DNA from: a virus
Direction: 5' to 3' (one strand)
Virus record (IMG/VR): IMGVR_UViG_3300045988_079349
Length of the DNA: 62,911 nt
The translations under genes were made by a program, and so were the position numbers. How positions within the stretch are numbered: position 1 is the stretch's first letter; every line of letters starts with the position of its first letter. This document shows, in pieces, positions 54,746-62,911 of this stretch. The notes beneath the pieces were generated by a model, which was not told the origin of the DNA, searched no databases, and was given only the letters and a program-made list of their open reading frames with translations.

Positions 54746-56656
54746 ATGGAAAGTTTCTATGGAGGACCTAAAGGTAGAGATTTTGATATTAAGGAAATCT
54801 TTACTAGCAAATATTAGATGGATAGAGATTTATCAAAGGGTTGGACATCTTCTATCTTCCCAGGTGATCTCGTTGTTGTATCATATGGTTTGCCAAGCGA
54901 TACAAACTATGATATTTATAAGAATGAAGATTTATAGAATTATGGGAAAAGCTATAACTCTACTCTTTGGCAAAAATGTTATAATGATAAAGATGGAAGC
55001 GGATCTGCGGGTGGCCTATACTATAAGATGATAGCTTCCATGACTGGTAATACACCAAGAATTAGCTTAAATGACACAGAAGTCTTGGATGCAGATGAAG
55101 ATCCAAACGTGGTTTGGGATAATACCGATCTAGATAGACTTTGGCTTACTTTTCAGTTACCATAGAGTTAGAATATCTAGTTAGGAGAGACTACTATTCT
55201 GGATTGTAATGAACTTCCAGAAGCGTCTTTAGACACGACCGATATAAATAATCCTAGCTTAAAGTTGTCCTTACCGCAATCTTAGGTAATTAATACTGCA
55301 TTAGTAGAATTATTAGATGTAGGTGAAAATCCAAGAGTATCTTTAGAAGTTTCAGGAGATTATTCTATCAACAAACCGGCAATTAAGTTTTATCTACCTG
55401 TATCTTAGTCATTATAGGAAGGTATTACTACAACTTTAGATGCTAATGAAAAACCTAGATTTGAAATAAATTTTGATGATATAAACAATCCAATTATTAA
55501 TTTCTTCTTGCCTCAAAGTTAGGTGATGGGAGATCCAGAAACTACGGTAGTGGGACCCGAGGAGAATCCATCTGTAGTAATGGATGATTCGAATATTAAT
55601 GCGCCAGTATTGAAATTTAGTTTACCAGAAGCGGTTAAATTTTACTATGGCGAGTTACTAGGCGAGAGAACAGAAGGAACTTACGAAGAAACTAATGATT
55701 CTTTTGTGGATTATAATGTTGGTGATTATTACATTAATGCACCAACCGGTTTTATTTATAAAGTAATCAATAAAACTGGAACCACTTGTACTTTTTAGTA
55801 TATAGCTTGTATTTAGTCTCCTCTTCCTACTATAGAAGTTACAGAATTAAAGCCATATACAGATAAAGGTTCTGAGTTTGAGCCGACAATTCCTACGGTT
55901 ACAAGGGAGTTTACTAACGAAGAACAAACTGCCTGGAAGCTAGTTTTTGGGCTGCCATCCGCGGTTAAATACACTACTTCATTTGCTTTTGTTGGAATTG
56001 ACGAAACTGGCTCTGTATCCAATGAAATTACAGCAGATGACACTATAAATATTGATTTTAAGATTCCTAGAGGATCAAAATTATACTCTGGAACTTAGAT
56101 TTCTGATTCAACAACATCTACTGTTATTGAGGGTGCGAAAGCTGGAGATTTATATTTAAATACAGAAACCGGAGATATATATGAATTAAATTCTTCTGGT
56201 ATATGGGAGAAAAATTCCGGCAATTTAAAAGGCCCTGTTGGCGAGGCTCTTAATATCGTTAAGAGCTACACAATAAATGAGACAGACACGCTAAAAGATT
56301 CTTTATAGAATGGTGTAGATTATATTGAAGAAAACTATGATGGAGAAATTAGCGCGTAGGATATTTTCTCTATTACGTGGGTAGAATATGAAACTAACCA
56401 AGAAACTTCTTACTGGTATTATAAAGCCGCAGATGGAGTGTGGGGAAGAGTCTAGCTAACTGGCGGTATTTCTAACCTTATTGATAATAGTTATAATAGT
56501 GAAGATGGTGGAGAAGTAACAAATAAAACTTACAGTATTCACTATATTAATAGCTTAATAGGTGGAACTATTACAAATAAGGATAGATAGACATATTCTG
56601 CAACATAGATTGAAGAATTACTATCTTGGGGAAGTTTTAGTGATTTAATACCTTAA
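54746..56656 (+). CDS. tail fibre / receptor-binding protein candidate (~636 aa) with repeated LP(Q)SQ beta-strand motifs, about 22 TAGs
   Basis: In frame with track 55523..55798; repeats FQLP[TAG]S[TAG]N, LSLPQS[TAG]V, FFLPQS[TAG]V. Confidence 0.5.
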
Positions 56657-56689
56657 TTTATATTTAGAGAGTATAAAGGAGGGCCTAAA

Positions 56690-57472
56690 ATGGCTTTATT
56701 TAAGATTTTTAAAGGCGCAGAAGAGGATCTTAATGATGTACCTCTTCATGAAGGATACGCCTATTTCTGCGAGGACACAGGAAATTTATTTATTGATGTA
56801 AGTAATATAGAGGGCGAACGTCTACAGGTCAATGCCTATGCTGCTCAAGTTTTAAAGAATAATGTTACTGAAATTGATATTGACGACATTTTTCTTAAAA
56901 ATATGACTGCTACTGTAGCGTAGGGTGGAACTGGACATGATACATTAACTGTTAATGCTTTGCTAGTAGGAAATGGAACAGAAGCATTAAAAATGATTGA
57001 AATTGCAGCCGGCAGTTTAGTAATCGGAAATGCGGAAAATGGTGTGGCTGGTTTACAAGGTGCTGGTGCTTTATACGCGATTACTGCGGGTGCACCTACA
57101 TTTGGTACACTTCCAATCTAGGTTGGAGGAACTGGAGGCACGACAGCCGCGCGAGCCAGAACTAATTTGGATGTATATAGCAAGTCAGAAACAGATAACC
57201 AAATTACTGGTAGCACATCTGTAGCTTATACAACCACTCTTGCCGCGGCATCATGGGTATTGAACGGAGATATGTATACATAGACATACTCTAATACTGC
57301 TTTAACTTGCGGAAAAGCGGGAAATGTGCCACCTATCATTACTTATACTTCTAATTTAGAGGAATATAGTAAAATTGATCATGCTGATGCAACTGTAGGA
57401 TCTGGAATCACTTTCTACACAAAAGATAAACCAGAAAGCGATATTGCTATTGTTATTATTGATGTAAAATAA
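56690..57472 (+). CDS. tail fibre protein (~260 aa), 4 TAGs
   Basis: Track 56690..56923 extended through TAGs; motif GGTGHDTLTVNALLVGNGT. Confidence 0.5.
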
Positions 57473-57512
57473 AAAAAAATAGGGAGAACCTTTTAATTAA
57501 GGTTCTCCCTAT
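57473..57512. terminator. bidirectional intrinsic terminator
   Basis: AAAAAAAAATAGGGAGAACCttttaattaaGGTTCTCCCTATTTTTTTTA. Confidence 0.6.
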
Positions 57513-57517
57513 TTTTT

Positions 57518-57976
57518 TTATTCCTCGCAAGGAGGTCTACTGTATAAGTGATAATGCGGTTTTTCTTCTCCAAACCATTTCCATCTAAGGTAATCATCTA
57601 ACACTATTGCTAAAAGGCTCAAGAAGAACCATGCAATAGAGAAGGGCAAGCAAATCTGCCCCATAAAGTTAAGTGGAATGTTAGAATAATCCCAAATACC
57701 TAAACCTAGTCTTATATTTAAAACTAATCCAAAAATTAATTCTAAAGCAGTTATAATTAAAGATCCTTTTACTCCTTGAGTTAAGATAGATTCTTCCCAA
57801 AGAATATTCTCATTCATTAGTCCAATTAATAGAAAGCATAAGCCACCTAGCAAAAACATAGACCAATGACAAACTCCAAGGCTAATAAAAGTTTTATAGA
57901 GGAACTCTATACTGTAATATAGAGTTCCTCCTACTACGAATAGAATTATATTTTTATTCGCTGTCTGTGTCTTCAT
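57518..57976 (-). CDS. integral membrane protein (4 predicted TM helices), TAG-free
   Basis: ORF track. Confidence 0.55.
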   Translation of the reverse strand: MKTQTANKNIILFVVGGTLYYSIEFLYKTFISLGVCHWSMFLLGGLCFLLIGLMNENILWEESILTQGVKGSLIITALELIFGLVLNIRLGLGIWDYSNIPLNFMGQICLPFSIAWFFLSLLAIVLDDYLRWKWFGEEKPHYHLYSRPPCEE

Positions 57977-58616
57977 AACTCAATTCAATAGCTTTTAATT
58001 CATCTATTGAATTAGCTCCAAATATCTAGGTTTTATATTCTTGCATTAAGTGGTATTTTGGATATACCGCATTAGAAATAGCTAAACTTAGAGCGGATAA
58101 TTGCTCTAAAGTCCATGGTACACACTCTTCGTGTCGAGCGTGCCACTCAAGCGTAGGATTTTCTACTTCAGCAGCTACAGCCACCTAGAATTGATTGAGA
58201 TTTAAGCTAATCTCAGATTGGTCCTCCTACGTAATTCCATATTCTTTTCCATCGACCCAAGTTAACGGGTGGGTAGCAAGATACTCTGCGAATAGTTTCT
58301 TGTTTTCCTCTTGTTTATCATATTTTGCCTAATCTAAATCAGCGATGAAAGTACCATCTTCTTGATTATACTTTGAATAGTTAGGAATGACGTTTGATGG
58401 AATTGTTTCCAACTCTAATACTGTAACAGCATTAGGTTGATTTAATACATCGGCTTTGACTAGAGTGTAATGAGTATCACTATCTGAGCCGATAACCCCA
58501 GTTCCCTCTTCTTCCTCGCAGGCAACGACAATACCATTTGAGGATTGCAGTTTAATGTAACGTGCTTCTGAAAGAATATCAACTACTATATTCTCTCTAT
58601 TTAATAGAATATACAT
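57954..58616 (-). CDS. hypothetical protein (~220 aa) with 4 in-frame TAGs
   Basis: Track ORF 58329..58616 continues through the TAG at 58329 to a TAA at about 57954. Confidence 0.4.
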
Positions 58617-58768
58617 TACTTTATTTCAACTCCTTTGAATAATGAACGAAAATAATTGTCCATGTCCTGAATTATATAAAAGCAAGTTCCTTTAGAAATA
58701 TGCGCCCTCCAGCCCTAATAAGATTTCTAAACTTCTTCAGTTGAAATTTTATTATCTAACCATAAAGC

Positions 58769-59833
58769 CTACATTTTCTTTAGTTTTCTGCGCTGATGAG
58801 CTACTTTTTTCTTGAAAGGAAGTTGTATTATATGATTAGTTTCTGTGAGATGAAAATTCCACTTTAAATATTTAAAAGGAGCGTGGCGTTCGCCATCTGC
58901 GTGAATAGGAGAAATTCTAGTGATAGTAGTTTTCTTCTTATTCATCTTTAATCCTTGTTTATTTAAGCGAATTTCTATTTGTTTCTCACATTCGGCCAAG
59001 TATTTACTGTCATTATGGAGCAAGTATAAATCATCCATATAACGACCATAATACTTAATATGTAACTCTTCTTTTATGAAGTGGTCAATTTCGTTCAATG
59101 CTAGCAATGCGAATAATTGTGACGTTTGACTTCCTAATCCCAGGCTCTTTCTTTCATATTCATAATACTTACGACCAGGCTAGAAATGAGTAACATTAAC
59201 TCTTTCATACTTGTGTCGCTTACTTGTGTAATATATTTTACCGGGTATAGGTGAAGTGTCTTTTGTTAGCTTAAAAGAAAATGTATCTATCAAGTAACAA
59301 CATAACTAATAAACAAGTTTATCTTTTATTAGCCGTTTAGCTGCTTTCTTTAAAGATTCATGGTCAATAGAATCAAAATATTTCTGTATATCAATTCTTA
59401 ATCCATAAAAATCTTTTCCTAACCCATACTCTTTATGAGCCTATTGGAGATGTTTCTTAACTCTTTCCAGAGCGAAGTCTATTCCCTTTCCTTTTAGGGT
59501 TGCACAATTATCATAGATAAATCTAGGAGTTAATTCTGGTAGCAAAACTTGTTCACATAACGCATTTTGTACCAGTCTGTCGTTGATATGACACGCTCTT
59601 ATATCTCTTGGTTTGCCTCGTTCGATTATCGAAAAACAACTAAACACAAGCTGTTCGTATTCACACGCTCGCAGGTCAGCTTCTGTTTTTAAAATTGTTT
59701 CTATCCTATTCTCTCCAAAATTAATTGTACTATCTTTCCATCGAACGTTTCGACATACCTTATAAGACGCCTCATACATAGCGTCAAAACTACAAAAACG
59801 CTCGAAAGCAGTATCTTGTTTTATTTCAGACAT
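58769..59833 (-). CDS. DGR reverse transcriptase (~354 aa) containing 2 internal in-frame TAG codons and a TAG stop
   Basis: Track ORFs 59441..59833 and 58769..59107 are in the same phase; the gap between them is open except for TAGs at 59441 and about 59180. Motifs PRDIRACHINDRLVQNALC, SQLFALLALNEIDHF (DGR-type motif 4) and YGRYMDDLYLL (YxDD). Confidence 0.8.
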
Positions 59834-60134
59834 ACTTTCTCCTTATCATGTAGCTATAGTGGTAGCTACTCGAGCTCCACGTCTACAGTCTTACTTTATC
59901 CACTTTTTCAGTGAAATGGTTAAGTTCTCCTTAGATGAAAAGGCAGATCTACCTATAGTATATTATTCGATAGTTGTAGAGCAAAGCTCTTTAATGGTCT
60001 CTCAATCTCTTCCCCACATAAAGTGAGTGCAATCCAGAGTAAACCTTAATTAGATGGATAATAATATACTCCGGGGTACTATTTAGGCGTTGCTCGTTTG
60101 CGCTGCTCCGCAGCTTAACTCGCAACATGATAGC

Positions 60135-60233
60135 TCCATCTAATCCGGCGCGAGCCCGTTGCTGTTGTTGTAGTTGTTGTTGTTCGCAGATCCATCGTTG
60201 TTGACATTGCAAACGTTGTTCGAGTTGTTGTAG
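60135..60233 (-). repeat. DGR template repeat (TR)
   Basis: The minus sense is Asn-codon (AAC) rich: ...NYNNSNNVCNVNNDGSANNNNYNNSNGLAP. It matches VR1 and VR2 except at its adenines. It lies between the avd-like gene and the RT. Confidence 0.8.
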
Positions 60234-60430
60234 TTACGGGACCGAAAGATACAGAACTTAACCGTAGAAAAATATTATCGACCTCTCCTATATCTCTTAG
60301 GAGCTGAATATCTATGCTCTGTTATAAGTTTATCTCTATTTTTTCTATCTTGGATTGACTCTTTTACTCTCTTTGTCAATCTAGCTAGATGTTCAAAAGA
60401 GCGTCTTTTCTTTTTGCTGTTCTGAGCATA

Positions 60431-60769
60431 CTAATAAATACATAGGTCGATTTGTCGAAATATACTATCACAATATTCTAGTGCTTTATTATGATAGTCA
60501 TTTCTCTTTGCAAGGGTTTCTTTGTCTTTCAAGTTTATCTTACATGCCTCATAACAGCAAGCATGTAAGCCCTTTCCGCACTTAATTATATCGTACCCGA
60601 ACGCTTGAAGAGGTTGACCCTCTCCAAGCAGTCCAGGCTTACAAATTTGTTTTCCATCCTTATCATATTCTCTAGGACGAGTTAAGACTAAAATATATCC
60701 CATTAAGTCGCGTGCTTTATAAAGACAATCTTGCTTTGATATGTGTCTATCTTTTACTTTTACAGACAT
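60431..60769 (-). CDS. putative accessory variability determinant (Avd-like), 112 aa
   Basis: ORF track; size and position (target - this gene - TR - RT) fit the canonical DGR layout. Sequence similarity to Avd is not recognisable by eye. Confidence 0.45.
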   Translation of the reverse strand: MSVKVKDRHISKQDCLYKARDLMGYILVLTRPREYDKDGKQICKPGLLGEGQPLQAFGYDIIKCGKGLHACCYEACKINLKDKETLAKRNDYHNKALEYCDSIFRQIDLCIY

Positions 60770-60850
60770 TTAAAATCTCCCTCACTTGAATATATAAAAT
60801 TTTAGTTGGACAATTTAATCTTAACTGTCCCGAATTGTTATTTTATTGTG

Positions 60851-62618
60851 TTATCCGATAACGAAAGCCGGCGCGAGCCCGCAGCTGCTGTAGTAGCCGT
60901 AGGTGTCCGCAGACCCATCGATGCCGACAAGGCAAACGTAGCTCGAGGTGTTGTAGTAACGGGACCTCTCCCATTGATACGCATATGAGCTAGTTGGATT
61001 ACCGTTTGCATCTCCTAAGTACATAACCCTTCTAGAGTTGCTTGTGTAGTAACTATACGCAGCATTATAACCTTGAGTACACTCTGCTTTAGAGGTAGTA
61101 CTGTTTGAAGTGGAGATAGGAGAGTAAGAATCTAATCCGTATTCTCTTTCGGATAATAAGAATACTGTTTCATCATTATAGGTTACAGAACCATTTCTAG
61201 AGCTATTTGTACTAGGACAAGTACCCTTCTTTACTGTCTTAATAGAATCTTTCGCGCTACAGCGGTTATAGAAATCTTGACATAGATCTCTAGCAGTTGA
61301 TCCAATCCATACTGCATTGCTACCAAAATCTGTAGAATTAGGAAGAGCGGAGACAGCATTAAAAGCTAAAGTTCCTGTTCCATCCTAATCTGCGCCAACG
61401 CATCTCATTAATACTTGATTACCACCTAAAACAGAAGATGATAAACTTACTCTTTTAGTCTTACCTACGCAATTTTGTCGCTCTCCAGATGATGCCTTAG
61501 CGGCCCATGTTTTTAATCCAGCCCACCATTTAGCATCACCAACAGCAGTTTCAGATCCCCACTCCCAATAGCTAGCTGTTACTGTAACAGTTTTATTACT
61601 TGGAGCCGTATAGTTAGTTCCTGCTGCAACCTTGATAGTAATAGTTGTAGAAGAAATAGCTGTACTACCGTCGCCTTTAATTGTAAGAACGTTCCCACTT
61701 AAAGATAAAGTTAAGCCAGAAACGCTAGTTGGGCTATAACTAATAGCTCCATCTCCAGGACGGGTAATAGTAACTTTTACGCCTGCACTATAGTTATCTC
61801 CATCAAGAGCTACAGAAGTTGGACTTACTGTTAAAGTCCCAGCAGCTTTATTGATAGTCCAGTTTACATCAAGATTTGATGTAGTTCCATCGGCCCATCT
61901 ATAATTACTATTTAGTGTGAAAGTAGCAGTATAGGTTCCAGCGTTAGTCGCGGAAGTTGTCCCGCCAATCGTCATATAAGTGGTATTAAAGTTATTCCAA
62001 TAGGAAGCACCACTTACTGATTGGCTACTACCAGTATAGGTAAGATTATTCTTCCATGTTGGTTTCGGCACCGATTTTCTTTCAACAGTAACATTGAAAG
62101 AAGCAGACTGAGTTACTCCATTTTCTGTGTAAGAAACAGTAATTTTCTAGGTGCCAACCGCAGTTAATGACGTTGGAGAGCAACTATACCCGGTAACCGC
62201 GGATGATGTACTATCAGAATAACTTGCTGTAACTACCATTCCTGTTGTTTGGAGAGTGTCTCCATATTCATAAGTTGTCTTAGTTGGGTTAGTAGTAACC
62301 TAAATACTAAGAAGTTTATGAATAACAGTAATGTCTTGAGTGGTCTAACAAGTTTCTCCTGATTCAGAGTAAGTAATTGTTACTTTAGTAACCCCATCAG
62401 TTAAAGGGTTTGGAGTAACTTGATACCCAGTTACTTCTGCTGTTGTTACAATAACGCCGTCCATGCCGTAAGATGCGGTGACTACCATTCCCGCGGGATT
62501 AAAAGTATCACCAGCAAGATAGCTCGTTTTAGTAGGGGGAGTGGTTACTTCAATTTTTACAAGAGAAAGAGAACCTCCACCTTTTCCACCCTATTCAGCT
62601 AAAATACATTTAGGCAAA
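60851..62618 (-). CDS. DGR target protein 1: tandem Ig-like (Big_2-type) domains plus a C-terminal C-type-lectin-fold ending in VR1; contains TAG codons and an apparent +1 frameshift near 62080-62110
   Basis: GAAGGAGG RBS then TTG (about 62617). The frame A ORF runs to a TGA at about 62081. Frame B (the track ORF 61385..62071) continues through a TAG to a TAA at 60851-60853. The C-terminus reads ...GNPTSSYAYQWERSRYYNTSSYVCLVGIDGSADTYGYYSSCGSRPAFVIG. Confidence 0.65.
60868..60966 (-). repeat. DGR variable repeat VR1
   Basis: About 99 nt collinear with the TR; all roughly 20 differences fall at TR adenines; shares the GC-rich GGGCTCGCGCCGG 3' block. Confidence 0.8.
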
Positions 62619-62911
62619 TTATTTACCTCCTTCTATCTAGCTATTGTTTCAAACAAATCTAAACTACTAGATAGAAGGTCGAGGATGGAAGCGATCTTCG
62701 CTCCAGTCTTTTAGAAAGCCATAAACAATTTCCGAGAAAAAGTACACTTTTTAACAGGAAAAATACTTTTTCTTCCTAGATAACAAAAAATTGGGAAAAG
62801 GGTAAGAAACCCTTTTCCCAAAAGTGAGTATCTTACTCTTTTCAAATATACTTGAAAAAGAGTATAGATTGATTATATATGTTTGACCAAGTTCAGTAAA
62901 GTGTACTTTTT

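Noticed and set aside
60135-60233. TR as a simple tandem or microsatellite repeat (GTT)n
   Set aside because: The GTT/AAC richness is codon-phased. The segment matches two distant VRs, and the mismatches are adenine-specific. This is DGR-specific, not a simple sequence repeat.
1-62911. Joining the window ends as a circle to complete the VR2 target gene
   Set aside because: Read-through from position 1 into the window end would add more than 50 codons across a terminator hairpin before any stop. In VR1 the stop comes 9 codons after the GC-rich block. The ends therefore do not simply abut.

Overview
This ~63 kb window is a tailed dsDNA phage or prophage genome segment with siphovirus-like organisation. 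Its host is probably a low-GC Firmicute, judged from the AbrB/SpoVT regulators, TTGACA-17-TATAAT promoters and GGAGG ribosome-binding sites. It has three parts.

(1) Positions 1 to ~18.2 kb are a minus-strand early/regulatory region of many small genes, mostly in the standard code. Each gene or pair is flanked by a recurring hairpin - operator box (TTGTGCAA/TTGCACAA) - sigma70 promoter module. Encoded functions include a DnaQ-like 3'-5' exonuclease, a HAD 5'-nucleotidase, three AbrB/SpoVT-family regulators, a PTH2-type peptidyl-tRNA hydrolase, a PARG-like macro-domain protein and FolD.

(2) Positions 18.3 to 57.5 kb are a plus-strand late cassette. It encodes a GIY-YIG homing endonuclease, terminase large subunit, portal, scaffold, capsid, tail tube, a 2,932-aa tape measure protein, baseplate/hub proteins and tail fibres. 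Most of these genes contain many in-frame TAG codons, so TAG is read as a sense codon (Gln-like, as in genetic code 15). A few abundant structural genes are completely TAG-free.

(3) Positions 57.5 to 62.9 kb are a minus-strand diversity-generating retroelement (DGR): an Ig-like plus C-type-lectin target gene ending in VR1, an Avd-like gene, the template repeat (TR) and a reverse transcriptase. The reverse transcriptase and the target are themselves TAG-recoded. A second VR lies at the 3' end of another target gene that runs off the window at position 1.

No tRNA, rRNA, CRISPR array or IS element was recognised. Coordinates not taken from the ORF track were derived by hand and are approximate (+/- a few nt).
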